From Diplonema japonicum (taxonomy: Eukaryota; Protista; Euglenozoa: Diplonemea), in assembly GCA_964019335.1 (NCBI GenBank), contig OZ025724.1, forward strand, positions 310,001 through 374,000: DNA of 64,000 nt, in the 5' to 3' direction. Every line of letters starts with the position of its first letter. Position 1 is the stretch's first letter. The position numbers and the translations under genes were made by a program. Positions 11,331 to 24,239 of the stretch are shown piece after piece. The notes below the pieces were generated by a model. That model was not told the DNA's origin, did no database searches, and saw only the letters and a program-made list of their open reading frames with translations.

Positions 11331-12082
11331 TGTTCTTTTGCATTATATTTCCTTTGGAAAAAAAAAAATGAAGAGGAGGAAGAAATTGCATTCCATTCAT
11401 CGCGGCTCCTATATCGGTTATTTTCTCTCTTTTTTCTTCCCCCCCCTTTTTTTTTTTAAAGAGGCCTTGAGTGGCCTACCAACATAGCCGCCAGTACACA
11501 AAGGAGAAAAAAAAAAATGAAGGGGGGTAAGAAGGTGAAAAAGACTGCCTGAGCACCAACTATTTAAAAAAAAAAAAAAAAAGGCTGTTATCGCAATGAT
11601 TGAAAAGGAGCTTGTCAAATATAATTGTTCAAAAAAAAGCAGGAAAAAGTAATTCTTTACGACTATCTATCGCACGAGCAAAAAATATTTTTGAAAAAAG
11701 CTGCAAGGCTTTTGCTCAGCACAAGTAGCATATAGTTATAAAATCACTTGTTTGGGCTTTTTTTTGTTTTTTTTTGTTTTTTTCTTTTAAATTCCCTCTC
11801 GAGACGCTTACCCGATTGCCCGGGTACTCATGACCGTGCTAGTGTCCTTTAACTATGTGGAACGGAACAAAATGTTTGAAATGGATAAATTAGGAGTTAA
11901 AAAAAAAAAGGAAGTCATTGGTAGACCCCCCTCTCCTTTTTCTTTTTTTGAGAAGAATCATGAAATCTTAATTACTGCAAAAGAACGTGGAAAAAAGTAT
12001 TTTCAAAAAAAAAATTTTTTTTTTTTACTAGTGATAGGAACGAAAGTGGGTAGCAACGGCCCAGCCGAAAAAAAAAAAATAG

Positions 12083-12712
12083 CTATTTACTGCCAACAAG
12101 TAATGACTTTACCGTTACCTCGAGGTTCCACATTTTACCGTCGAGGGCCCATTACTTGGCGGTAGGTAAGTGGTTTTAATAGCTATTATTTAATAAGAGC
12201 CAGGTTTGAAAGGGTGGGAGGTTACAGGGCACAGGTTACAAGAAGAAATCAAAACTGAGAGGCAGCAAAAAAGGTTGGGTATTACAAGCTACAAGGGGAT
12301 TTCAAGTTACCAATTCTCGTCAGTCTTAACATTAATGTTGATGTCGAGGCTTATCCTGTGCATCGCTACCGCTGGAACCATCTGAGGTTGCATGTAGGTG
12401 GATGCAAGGGCCCACTGCAGAATCTTGATTCTGGGATGGGTTGAGCGACTGACTAGCACCCCTGAGACGTGTAATCCTCCCCGTCGCCCTAGGCTTTCTT
12501 CCCATAGTTTTCTGTGTTTCTAGGGAGTTTGGCTTAAAATAGGTGCAGGAGAGACATAATGTAACATTATATCACTTCTGTACATTATGTCACTCCTGGG
12601 CCTTATTTCTCTATAAGCTGGGAGTGAATGTACTGTTGAGCGTGATATAAAGTGAAATATTATTTTCACTCCCACCCTTGAAAACCCGGCTCGAAAATTA
12701 AAAATAAATAAA
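12083..12712 (-). mobile_element. Inverted repeat + terminal hairpin element, family H4 (reverse orientation)
   Basis: Starts CTATTTACTGCCAACAAGTAATG...CATTACTTGGCGGTAGGTAAGT, a hairpin related to the H1 end. The inverted pair GAGCCAGGTTTGAAAGGGTGGGAG / CTCCCACCCTTGAAAACCCGGCTC follows. Confidence 0.7.
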
Positions 12713-12806
12713 AAGAAATAAAACATTAGTTTGGCGCTTACATTTGTGCGAACGAGTGGTATTTTTTTTTTACCTAATAAAATAGCTCACTACTTATAAA
12801 AACAAT

Positions 12807-12849
<43 letters not shown>

Positions 12850-13093
12850 AAAGAAAGAAAGGTCCTATCTTTTAACGTAAAGGTGACAAGCCCCCCCCCC
12901 CCCCTGTTTGGCCTATCCAAGGTACTCCCCTGTTTCTTTCTGAGGTCTATTTGTTGCCCAGGTGACAGTTGCTAAAGAATAACTCAGACATTTGTCCCCG
13001 ACCCCATGTTACAGGTTACAGTAAAAATATTTTCTTTTTTGAGGGGTGGGGGGAGGGGGCATTGACTGATAATTCCAACCTGAACAGAAAATA

Positions 13094-13129
<36 letters not shown>

Positions 13130-14428
13130 AAGATGTCTTTGAAGGGAACCTGCAGTATGTGACAGAATCGCCTAAAAAAAGAAATTGGGGGCTTTGATTG
13201 CAACACCAAGTGGCGTTAAGTGTGCAACGAAGAACGAACTGTCTACTTACCACCAAAAAAAAAAAATGAACGCCAATTAGCAAAAGGGGCCTTTGGTTGG
13301 AGGGGAGACAAAGGGTAGAAAAGCAATAGATCAGACAACTTAGTAGCAAGGAGGTTGTTATGTCCTCTCTGCGCTGCCTAAGCGGTTCGTCTATGTACTT
13401 TGCAAGAAGAAAAAAATATATATATGGTACTCTCCCCCCCCCCCCCCCCCTTTTACCGATACTTTCCCAAAAAAAAAAAAAAAAAAAAGGAAGAAAGAAA
13501 AGCCCCATTAGCCAGGGACCTTTGAATGCTTACAGTACGCGGAGAAAAAAGATTTACGGGGGGGGTGTTTACCATTGGTTATATCTTTTCAAACTGCTAA
13601 AAGCAATTAAAAAAAAAAAAGAAAAGAAAAGAATAAATAAAAAAAGAAGAAGGGGGGCAGGGGAAAAGAAAACTCTGCCAGCTTAGCCTCTGGCTGTAAC
13701 CCTTTCTTGCACATTCTACCCGCGGAGGACCACATGTGCCTGCATGAAAGCCACCTGTTATGGCTAATGTGAATCGTTCAATACTTCCTACAGGTGCTCT
13801 TGCAACGACCAACGAAAAAAGACCTAAAACCTTGCTTCTTAATTTAATGCTTAAAATGTAAGTACCTCCGTAGAGTACGTACTCAGGGGGCGGGAAGATC
13901 AAAAAAAAAAAAAAAAAAAAAAAATGGAGCTATAAAAGATACGAATGAAAACAGAGGCATTTTCTGAAGCTTTCTGAAAGGAGACCTGGAGGCGCTCAAG
14001 ACGAACAACACGTCACTGGCATTTCCATAAACTCCTTATGTAAGAGAACTCAGAGGATTTTCCTGTATCAATGAAGTCTTTGCAAGGGAAAAAAAACTAT
14101 TTATTTTGTGAATATCAAGATCGCATGATTTCACGTGTGTTCTAGCGTTGAACACTCCAAGTGTCATCAAAACTCTATTTATATTCACAAATATCGTTGC
14201 TTCAATAAAGTGTGTTGCTTGTCCTGTACTTTGAGTTTCTTACTTTCTTTACACGATGGTTTTCCTTCGCGCACAAAAATATTGCATGGATTTTTTTTGG
14301 GGGGGTACATTTCTGTACATTCTTCCTCTTTTTTTCCCCCCCTTTTTTTTTCTTCTTTTTTTTCTTCTTCTTTCCTCCCCTGCGGTTCTACTGTTAAGCG
14401 TAAACAAGCGTAAAAAAAAAAAAAAAAA

Positions 14429-14660
14429 GAGTCGGCTGATTGTTTGTGCAAGCCGGCAGCACAGTCCGGGTCCGCCGGCGCCGCGGGGGCCCCCTCCGGG
14501 TATAGTATAACCGATAACTCCGACGGGTCGATGTCTGCGCAAGCCATATTGTTTGTTTGTGCAAGCCGTTTTCACCTACAGTAGGGATAAACGGACAAGC
14601 TGCCTCTACTCTTTTTTGCAATAACAATTCTTTTCAAAAATTTGTTTACTTGTTCCAGCA
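14429..14660. repeat. Dispersed repeat (family R) with internal 97-nt insertion between 16-nt direct repeats
   Basis: Near-identical copy at 55932-56130 and an insertion-free version at 16018-16105. Direct repeat TTGTTTGTGCAAGCCG at 14440-14455 and 14553-14568. Confidence 0.85.
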
Positions 14661-15507
14661 AAAAAAAAAAACGAAAAACTCCGGCGGGATAAAATAAGAA
14701 AAAAAAATCTTTTTTCCGGTCTGGTACTCAGTTAATCCCCCCCCCCCCCCCCCTCCCCCCTCCCCTCCCCTCCCCTCCCATAGGGCGGCCCTCTAGCGAA
14801 GGGGGGAGGGGGGGACAAATTGTCTCTCCTTCCTATAATTATGAAACACACAAAAAGCGTGCCCTCAAATTGTGCGCCCACCGCATCTTATGCAAATCGG
14901 CTTCTTGCCCATCCCAAAGAAAAAAATAGCTTTCAGCTATCAAAATTTCATTCACCCCTCTTAGAAGCCCGAGTGTAATAAAGTGAATTCTGATTTTTTT
15001 TTTTTTTCCACGCTCACACACACGAAGATTTTGCTGGAGTTAAAAAAATAAAAGAGGGGACGAATAAATCTATACGTAAAAAAGCCCAAGGGCGGGGTGC
15101 AAAAAAAAAAAAAAACAAGAAAAAGAAAAGGATTGTTTGATATGGGTTCTAGTTTGAAAAAAAAGAACCTATTCCGAGGGTGGTTTAGGGAAAAGAAAAC
15201 TTTTTTTCTTCTTTTTATTTTTTTCTTTTTTTCCTCCCTCCCCCCCACTTTCTTGAACTTCTTTTCACTTCTTTTCCCCTCTACCTCTCCGTGGTTCCCA
15301 GTACCCTGAAGGAAAGAAAGTAAACAAAAAAAGCCTTTCCCGTCCCTTGTTCACTCCGCCGTGCACCCTGATATCCTCCTCCCTTTAGTTTCTTCCCCCT
15401 AGTTTCGCACGGGTGGTCCACTGTTATTCAAATCAAAAAAAAAAAAAAAACAGGATAAATCCAAGAAGGAAAAAAAAGAGAGGGAAAAAAAGAGAGAGAA
15501 AGAAAAT

Positions 15508-15830
15508 ATATATGAGTTAAAGGAGGCCGGTGTTGGCGGCGCCCTGCACAAGAACTGTCTACTTGATTACAGGGGGCGCGCCGCGGCCGAGTTGTAGCTT
15601 CTTCTGCGTTCCGCGTCGTGTCCTTAATGCGTGCGGTGTACAGCTCAACCCCAGCCGGGGCGTCCCGGGTAACCAAGATTCTGCGCTGTGCAGTTTGCTG
15701 CCTGTTCGTCACCCTGAGCATCTGCATTATGTTCTTCCACTCGGGCGCTACCGGTGATGACCGACGAGGAGGTCAACAGCGAACAACACATCTGATGTTT
15801 TTCTTATATTTTCATGTTATCCCCACCACC
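15508..15830 (-). repeat. Family S long copy with alternative tail
   Basis: Body matches 53578-53892. The terminus (plus strand) ATATATGAGTTAAAGGAGGCCGGTGTTGGCGGCGC is also seen solo at 5117-5153, ~18870 and ~44970. Confidence 0.85.
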
Positions 15831-16167
15831 TTTAAAAAAAAGACAAAACTCCCCCCCCCCCCCCCCCGCCCCCTCTTACTAATTTTATTCAGAAAAAAGG
15901 GGGGGGGTTAATGCCATTTTTCACCTATAGGTGGCAATAGGGGAGGAACTTTTTTTTTTCTTTTCTTTTTCCCGCAACTTTGTTTAAGAGTTTTTTGTAA
16001 CCCTTGGTATAAAAAAAAGTCGGCCGATTGTTTGTGCAAGCCGTTTTCACTTACAGTAGGGGTAAACGGATAAGCGCCTCTACATTTTTTGTTTATTGTT
16101 CCAGCAAAAAAAGTGGGGGGGGGGGGGGGCAAATATACCAATATGTTCACTTTTCTTTTTAAACATA

Positions 16168-16329
16168 TTATTTATTCCACATCAGCTCCACGGGCGGAAT
16201 CACCTCTTCAGCCTCCTCGTCAGCTTGCTTCTGCTTCTCGACTTGCATCAACGTATAGAAATTCTGAGCTTCAGATACCCGCCCTGGCTTCTCCTTCAAG
16301 AGCACGCCTGTTGGTACTGCATCCGTCAT
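16168..16329 (-). CDS. Putative 53-aa microprotein (MTDAVPTGVLLKEKPGRVSEAQNFYTLMQVEKQKQADEEAEEVIPPVELMWNK)
   Basis: Below the ORF-track cutoff. A homopolymer-free island filled by an ATG-to-TAA frame on the gene strand, preceded by a T-rich tract and candidate AG acceptors. Confidence 0.55.
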   Translation of the reverse strand: MTDAVPTGVLLKEKPGRVSEAQNFYTLMQVEKQKQADEEAEEVIPPVELMWNK

Positions 16330-16450
16330 AATTTCTGTGTTCTGAGTGTGATGGTAACAATGGAAACAAAAACAAATTTAAAAAAAACAAAAAAAAAAAA
16401 AATTCCGTGTCTGATCAAAAGAAAAAAAAAAAAAAAAAAGTTTTTTTTTT

Positions 16451-17236
16451 CTAAACGTTATTGAAAATAGGCTGCGCACCAAAGGCGGCGAGCCCGTGGG
16501 CGTGAACCCCGAAAAGCATAGCTTGGCACCACATTGCAGCACGGGATTGATGGCTGGCAGGGGGCACCAGAGACATTACAAACCCCCACCATTGATGGTG
16601 GATATGCACACGGGAAAGCGCCTCTCCAGGCACGAAATAACAAAACACATGGGCCGCTAGAATATAACACGTAACATAACCAAAAGCAGGGAGGTACCCC
16701 AAAGCCTTCGCAGTGAGGTAAGAGTGGAAAAGAACAAGCCCGACAGTTAGAAATGTGCACAACGCGAGCACAACACCTTGAAACGTGTCGGAAAGCTGTG
16801 AAGTAAGTGTGACATGAAGAGTACGTGAGGCTTCAAAGATCCACGCGTACCCGCCAACTCCTAGCAGTGTGAGGCACATGAAAAGTTTTGTCTTTTCTGT
16901 GAACTTTGCTCGCACCCCTGTGGTGATGTATAGAACGGCCGCGCACACCAAGCCGTGCATGACGTCGTTCGCCTGCTCCCCTTCTCCTTTTTCCCGATAC
17001 GTCAGCTCCCCGGCTTCTAAACATTTTCGGCACCCCACCACCACCACTGCATACCATGCGCTCCATAGCCCTAGGCCTCTTATGTATGTAAGGTCGATGG
17101 TACTATCTAGACTCGACAGTGGAGGAGGTGTTATAGATCGAGGCTCGATACGCAGCAAATCCCTGATCTCAACCACAAGGAAGTATATCAGCGGGCCTGC
17201 GAAGGCGAGGAAGAACGGCCACACCATGAGCAGCAT
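16451..17236 (-). CDS. Uncharacterised multi-pass membrane protein (261 aa) with HIHH motif
   Basis: About 7-8 hydrophobic segments and a C-terminal HIHHQWWGF...QAMLFGVHAHGLAAFG. A-run directly before the ATG, as in neighbouring genes. Confidence 0.85.
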   Translation of the reverse strand: MLLMVWPFFLAFAGPLIYFLVVEIRDLLRIEPRSITPPPLSSLDSTIDLTYIRGLGLWSAWYAVVVVGCRKCLEAGELTYREKGEGEQANDVMHGLVCAAVLYITTGVRAKFTEKTKLFMCLTLLGVGGYAWIFEASRTLHVTLTSQLSDTFQGVVLALCTFLTVGLVLFHSYLTAKALGYLPAFGYVTCYILAAHVFCYFVPGEALSRVHIHHQWWGFVMSLVPPASHQSRAAMWCQAMLFGVHAHGLAAFGAQPIFNNV

Positions 17237-17247
17237 TTTTTTTTTCT

Positions 17248-17278
<31 letters not shown>

Positions 17279-17321
17279 GGAGTGAGGGGGAAAAAAAAAG
17301 GGGGGGGGGAAGAGTTTTACT

Positions 17322-18608
17322 TTACTGTGTCTTAACCTTAACCTTCACCCCTCTGTACTTAGCCAGCAGCGTGTGGTACAATTCCCTTTCCCGTCCCGCC
17401 CAGCGTAGAAGCTCTTCCTCCGTCTCCTTCGGGCTCAGGACAACTTCATATGTCAGGAAAAGACCGCGCACCTTCCTTCGGTACCACACCGACAACACAG
17501 TGTCTTTGAACCCCTCGTATGAGATGTAAATTAAGAGAGCAGACGACGGGAGCACAACGAAGCAGCCCAGCACGGCAATATAAAACGGGATGGAGAAGAC
17601 CGTTGGGTAGGTGAGGTCACCGTGAAGCTCCGTTAAAAACAAGTTCACAGGATGGAGATGATCGGTCAGGTTCCGTGTTACGAGAAACCCGTGCGAGGTG
17701 AGAAATTCTGCCAAAGCCGCTGTGTCAGTGAACCCTTCTAGGTAGAATGAAAATTCTTTTTTCTTCACAACAGCTAAGGTCATTGAAACAGGAACCAACA
17801 ACCTATCGATGCAACACGGGGGGTCCTCACTGACGGTGTCGACGTCGATAAAGGACACGTTTTTATGCCCGTACATCTCGCTTTTCAAAGCGTTTCGCAC
17901 AGCAAGGGACCCTGCATCGTGCGCGGAGTAGAAAAAGAGAATTGCGGTGTCCATACGCCGTCTGAACCGTTCGCTTGCGGTTCCCTTTTGTACGAGGTGC
18001 TGATTATCAGCAATTCTGTGTTGCGGGGTTTCTGTGTTCGTTCCCGGGAACCAAAATTTTTGATTCGCCTTGTTTAGAATCACGACGCCCTCTTCATTTT
18101 TTGGAATCGAGAAATATTTCGCCATTCTTTCATCCCCAACCTGTACTACTCTTGACGGGATGCCGTGGGGTGGTTGGACCGATTTGTTATTTGAATTTGA
18201 AGTTACAAGCACAGCTCGGACTATTGGTGTGTATAAGAAGCCGTCGGACGTTAATTTTTCAGGGCCGTGGGGCAGCGTTGGAGGAGGGTTTTCTAGGTTT
18301 AAGAAAAAGTTTTTAAGATTCATCTTAGTAGGGCGCGACCATTCGGGCCACGGTACATACTGCCCGTCAGCTGTGTAGCCTGCCACAAAGGGAACTCTGA
18401 CCGCGATGGCGAGTTCCTCTCTGCCCATGTCCTTTCCACTTGTGTAAATTACCACCTGCTTCCCACACTTTTCCCCGCCACACTTCTTTGAAGGGTAACT
18501 ATTCAGCACATCTACATACCCCTCATATTTTTCTACCACACACCATATGAGCCAACACGATATGAGAAGTGCACTTGCTGTGAGGATTTTGTACCCAAGA
18601 AACGGCAT
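17322..18608 (-). CDS. Membrane-anchored protein (428 aa) with possible non-catalytic thioredoxin-like region
   Basis: Likely start MPFLGYK at 18608 after an A-run. N-terminal signal/TM, thioredoxin-like AILFFYSAHDAGS...VSFIDVD without CxxC, a C-terminal TM, then a cytosolic LLRWAGRERELYHTLLAKY motif. Confidence 0.8.
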   Translation of the reverse strand: MPFLGYKILTASALLISCWLIWCVVEKYEGYVDVLNSYPSKKCGGEKCGKQVVIYTSGKDMGREELAIAVRVPFVAGYTADGQYVPWPEWSRPTKMNLKNFFLNLENPPPTLPHGPEKLTSDGFLYTPIVRAVLVTSNSNNKSVQPPHGIPSRVVQVGDERMAKYFSIPKNEEGVVILNKANQKFWFPGTNTETPQHRIADNQHLVQKGTASERFRRRMDTAILFFYSAHDAGSLAVRNALKSEMYGHKNVSFIDVDTVSEDPPCCIDRLLVPVSMTLAVVKKKEFSFYLEGFTDTAALAEFLTSHGFLVTRNLTDHLHPVNLFLTELHGDLTYPTVFSIPFYIAVLGCFVVLPSSALLIYISYEGFKDTVLSVWYRRKVRGLFLTYEVVLSPKETEEELLRWAGRERELYHTLLAKYRGVKVKVKTQ

Positions 18609-18722
18609 TTTTTTTTTTTCTTTTTTTTTTTTCCCCCTCTTTTTTTTTTTTTTTTTTTTTTTGAGAAAAAAAAAAAATGAAGAAGGAAGAAATAAAAAGT
18701 TGAAAAAAGACGAGCGAGAAGG

Positions 18723-18758
<36 letters not shown>

Positions 18759-19386
18759 AGAGGGAGGGAGAAAGAAGAAAAAAAAAAATGGGGCTTTGAT
18801 TGCAACACTAGGTGGCGTTAAGCGTGCAATGAAGCACGAACTACCTACAAAAAAAAAGAAAGAAAGAATAAAAGGCAGGCCAGTGTTGGTGGCGCCCTGC
18901 ACAAGCACTGTCCATTTCATTGCAGCTCTGCTGATGTACTTCTTTATATCACCGTGTTACCCCTACCACCAAAAAAAAAAAAGAAATTGGCAAAATAACG
19001 ATCCTGGAAGACCCCAGAGTGACGATGAGCTCGAAGAAAAAAAAAGAAATTCGATTTTTTAACGTCAAGGTGACAAGTCGAACAACTACCCCTTAGTACA
19101 AGGGGTGGGGGTGTTAGTCAAGCGACACATAGGAGTGGGTACTAACCTGTGCGGCGCCACCTCTCAGCGAATGGGCGTGCGGTGACGTCGCTCGCTGCAT
19201 GGTTTGCCTTGTTCTTGTTTCTCCACCGTCACCCTGACACAGACTTCCCTGAAATGACTCGCTCAAGGGGAGGTGTCGTTACGCACCTAGACCCGGCCAA
19301 AGGTCTTGCTGCCCCTTTGAAAAAAAGGAAAAAGAAATTGAGAGGGGAAAAAAAAAAAAAAAAAAGTAGAAAATGAGTAATGACAT

Positions 19387-19417
<31 letters not shown>

Positions 19418-19571
19418 CCCGTTCGTCTCACGCAGTAGGTTTTGGCTGTGTGAAACAAACATTTTTTTTTTTTTTTTTTAAATACGAAAAATAATGGGAA
19501 TGATAGGAAAAAGGATGGATCTGTGCTTTTTTTTTTTTTTTTTTTTTTTTTTTTGGAAGGGAGAAAAAAAC

Positions 19572-19643
<72 letters not shown>

Positions 19644-20965
19644 CTCACATTCAACATGTGCCTAATTGCCAGTTACAGGAGGTTCAGGCCATCAATAAAG
19701 TGTCCCTTTTCCTTGGTTCAATAGGCTGAACAAAACACAAAAAAAAATAAAAAAGAGGGGGAAAAAAAAAAACGATGTTGGGCCTTTTTTAAAAAAAAAG
19801 GGGGACATGTGCAAGAGATCGTAGAGAGGAGAAAGAAATTTCTCTTTTTTTCTTTTTTTCCTTCTTCTCTTTTATTTTGATTTGTTCTCTGCAAAGAAGG
19901 GGGAGACAGAAGGAAGAAAAAAGAAACACAAAAAAAAAAGAATGGTTTCAAGAAGAAGAGAAAAAAAGAACATATAAGGACGGGGGGGGTTTAACTCTAG
20001 GAGGATCACCACTCGGGGCCATTCCCCCCCCAAAGAAATATATATGCTCTTGTTCAAAAAAATACCTAAGATAGGTAATGTTCTTCTTCTCTCTTTTCAT
20101 TCTTTTTTCGGGGTTTCCGGTTTTTTTTGTCTTCTGCAACGGAAAAGGTGGGGGAAGAAGGAAAAAAAAAGAAAGAAAGAAAGTAAATAACAGGAAAGAG
20201 CGGAAAGACATGGAGAAAAACGCAGATAGTGTAGTAAAATAAAAATTAAAAAAAAAAAGACCTGCCCTTTTCCCCCCTCCCCCGCAAATAGATACTTTTT
20301 AAATTTCTTTTCTTCCCCCCCCCCCCCCCCCTCTTGTTCCCTCTCCCTCTCATTCTCCCTTCCTTCATTCTCTTTTTAAATTTTTAAAAGGAGAATTTAA
20401 AAAAAAAAAGAAAAAAACAGTTTTTTTTTTTTTTTTTTTTTTTTTTGCGCTTTTTTTCTTGTTCTCCCTTTAATTTGTTGCTTGGTGGGGGAGCCCTACC
20501 GATATAAGTTTTCAGCGTGCGTGCAGCTCACTGTTTAAAAGTTGTATGGCAGCGAGGGGGGGGGAAACAAAGAAGATTTTTTTTGTGCCAATGAACTGTT
20601 AGTGCTGAAGAGAGTTATCCTTCTACAGGCTAACTCCTGCTGTGCACAAAACAACAATCAATTGACTTTTTTTTTTTTTTTTTTTTTTTTCCCCCCTCAG
20701 CACACTCCACGAATAAGGACCGTCCGCACTCAGTGTTTCCACAAAGTCGGTTTCGGCCGTTACAGGGTTTGCAAAAGAAAGGAAAAAAAAAAAAAAAAAA
20801 GCTCTCAAGGGTTTGTGACCTCTTTAGCAAAGGCCAATAAGGGGGACAAAAAATAAGTTTTTTCAAAAAAAGGGGGGGGGAAGAAAAAAATCAGTTCAAA
20901 TATATCGATGACAAAGGGAAACAAGGTAACCAGTCGGAGCACTTTCAGTAATCTTTCTGACCTTC

Positions 20966-21007
<42 letters not shown>

Positions 21008-22042
21008 GAGTGAAGTACTCATAGGACTTTCGGTGTGCACTAGAGTGCTCACTGTTCATAAAGAACAATTATAAAGTCATACGGTTTTCTTTTTTTTTTT
21101 TTTTTTGACAAGAATAAGGAGAGCAATGTGACAATCGCTCAAAATTTTTGATTTGCTCCACAGCTTCAAGCGGAGATTGGTGTAATATAATAAAGAAGGA
21201 GGGGGGGGGGGGGGGGGGGGAGATGAATTGTAAAAGAAAATTGTAAATGAAACAACAAGACAGAAAAGAAAAAAAAAAATAATGGAAAGAACGATTCTGC
21301 TCCCATTTTCTCTTTCCCCCTTTTTCTATCTTTCTTCTTTTTTTTCTCTCTCTCTTTTTTCCCTGATTTGCCCCCTATAGGCATATGAGTTGACAAAATA
21401 ATAAGTGTTTTTTTTATTCTGACATTTCGTAATCATGTAAATAATAGGTAGGGGGTGGAAAAAAAAAAGAGCAAGCCGAAAAAAGAAGAAAAAAAGCAAG
21501 GAACCTGCTGTTGCTTAAAAAAGAGAAGGAAAAAAAAGGCCCCCCAGCTAGTTCGCGGTTGGGCACAAAGAAAAAAGAAAGGAAAAAACAAAGAAGAAAG
21601 AAAAAATTCTTTTTTTTTAAAATCGTTCATAGTTTCCTTTTCCAGTTTGCAAAATTAGTTTTTTTTTTTTTTTTTTTTTTTTATGATATAATCGTGAAGA
21701 AAAAGAAAAGAAAAAAGGAGGGGGGGGGGGGGGGGGGGGGACGCACACAGCCAAATGGCACCGGAATCCGATCAATAAGGGTGGGGGCACCCCCCCACCC
21801 CCGCCATTTACTTTCCCTGGTTCTCCCTCTCTCTTTTTTTTTTTTTTTTTTTTTTTTTTTCCCGGATTCAGCACGCCTTACTGAGATCCATAGAAGTATA
21901 GGAAGGAGGGGGAAAAAAAAATAGACTTAAAGTATCAACACCAGTCTGTTTTTTTTTCTTTCCCCCTTCTTTCTTAGGGATAAAAACAAAAACAAAAACA
22001 AAAACAAGACACAAAAAAGAAAAAAATAATATAATTTTTTAA

Positions 22043-24239
22043 CCATTAAAGGACGGGGGTTTTTGGGCAAAAAAAAGGTCACCATCGACTTTTTTATTTT
22101 CTAAAATTAAAACATCCTCGAGCATGCAACCATAGAACGACGCTTGTGTAAAAGAAAATACATCACCCAGGAGGGACAAAAAACACCCCCAGACGCCCCT
22201 CAAAGGCCCTGGGAAGTGAATAGAATAAGGAATTGAAGTGAAATTTATTGTAAAAACCCACCCATAGGTTAGACACTTCCTTACTTTTTTCGCTTGGGCC
22301 TCGGAGTGCTAGGGGGGGTTTTGCTTTTGGGACTTGGCTCAGATGACGACCTGGGGAGAAGGGTATGTGTTTGGAGACGCTGGTACCTTAGGCGTTTCTT
22401 CGGTGTGGCCGGGCCTCCAGAGGGGGTAGATTGGGGTGGGTAAACCACTGGTTCGTGATAGTCCGCAAAGCAAGCTGGGCACAGATGCACGTTACAAGCC
22501 TTGCAGATGAAGATAGTTTGCACCCGGACCCCCAAAACACGCATGTGGTGTGTGCGTTGTCTTGCTGCATCCAGTTTTTTGGACCAGTGACCTTTGGTGA
22601 AGTCGCGCCTGGCATCTTCCCTGGACTCCTCGGTCCCCATTTCAGAACGGGTGCTTGCTGGGCGGTTGTTTCCGGACTGGCGCATAACAGTCGAAAAGCT
22701 GTTGTCGCTCATCGCGAACCCGTTTTTGGGCCTGCCTGGGCCTACTTGCTTCTTCACTGGGGCAAGATTAGGTACATTCTGGCGGTTTTCTTCGGATTGT
22801 TACCACCATTGACTGGACTTTCCTCGGATTGTTTCCACCACAAACCCGATTCCCACATCTGTTGTACAAGGGTAACGCCAGTATAGAAGTTATCGATGCC
22901 GGGGTACAAGGGGAACGCTACCGATGCCGAGCCATCCACCAGGTGGACACGAATAGTGGCATCGACAAGTCACGTGGGGTGCGCTTTCAGACTGAGCACG
23001 ACGTTCACTTCATGTCAAGCAAGACGCCATTGAAGGCACCGCAGGAGATATGGGAGAACGTTGTAAGAGCTTTCATTGTCGCGCTCGAGCTGCAGGACAA
23101 GAAGCTCGAAGCAGAGCTCCGCCGCCGAGACATTCTGGTTGCCATGTTGTCCTTTTTTGGCATCATAAGCATTGGCGCTTCTGCAGTGATCACGTGGTAC
23201 GCCAATCCTGCACGCGAGTCAGGGCTCCCAAACACCAGCACCCCCCTACAATGACCTCGATCCTTCACCAAGTGGGAAGGTAATATGCCAAGTGCTGAGA
23301 TACCTCACATCGGGGTCCACAGTGCTGTGTTTGATTGCTTTTTCACGCTTTTACAATGGTATTAGCACTGCGGACAGTAGATCGACAAGTTGAACACGAC
23401 CCTGTGTCAGATCCTGTCCGGTGCACAGCCTCACCTGTCCTCTTTGCAGGCTGGAATACTCTGAAGCGATGCCTACCGTGTGACTTGATCATACTCTCAT
23501 CAATGATCGATTCTCCGGGGGAATAGTGTTGCAGACAGGTAGGGGAGCAAGAATCTTATTTTTTGCAACCTGTCTGTCTCTTCACCCCTCCAAAATGCAA
23601 CGACCGCTGTAAGCGCAAAAGCAGTAACGTTTCGTTACACTTGCCAAAAAAAGGTGTGGCGAGGGCACAAATGGTCGGCCAGTAATCTTTTATGCCAGCC
23701 TTGCGGATGATGTCCATGAGCACCCACAAGGCCAGAAACTGATAGATATCGTCCACAGTGAAGTCAAAGTCGGGGTTGTGGTACTTGCAAACGGTGCAAA
23801 GAGATTTCACAAACCCCATTGAGATGAACAGCTTGGAAATCCTTGATGCACTCATGTGGGAAAAGGGTGATTTCTGTCCCCCCTGTGCCCTGTCACTTCT
23901 TACGCGTAACCTGCGTAATATCGCTCTCCCAGGGCATATTTTCACTCTTCTCGTCACTACTGGCGCTAGGTGAGGTCCCATCGTCAGGGAGAATGTCCCC
24001 TTAGGCACTCCCGAACTCGTTTGAATCAGTACTGCTCATATGAGCTTTCGTGCCACCAAAAATTGGTTTCGAGGGTGTTTTTGGAGGTTAATCTAGGGGA
24101 CAAAAGTGATTTTCGATGGAAAAGAAATTGCGGAACTAGGTCATTCTGTGCAAGGGTAAGGGTCTATGGTACTTAAAATGCCTATACAAAAATTTTAATT
24201 TTTTGATCGCTAGATATCTAGCGCTTCGTCCTTTAATGG
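22043..24239 (-). mobile_element. piggyBac transposon with pseudogenised transposase
   Basis: Perfect 13-bp TIR CCATTAAAGGACG with TTAA on both sides. Broken remnants: FTVDDIYQFLALWVLMDIIRK..IKDYW, IIDESMIK, DNFYTGVTL, and Cys-rich TIFICKACNVHLCPACFADYH. Confidence 0.93.
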
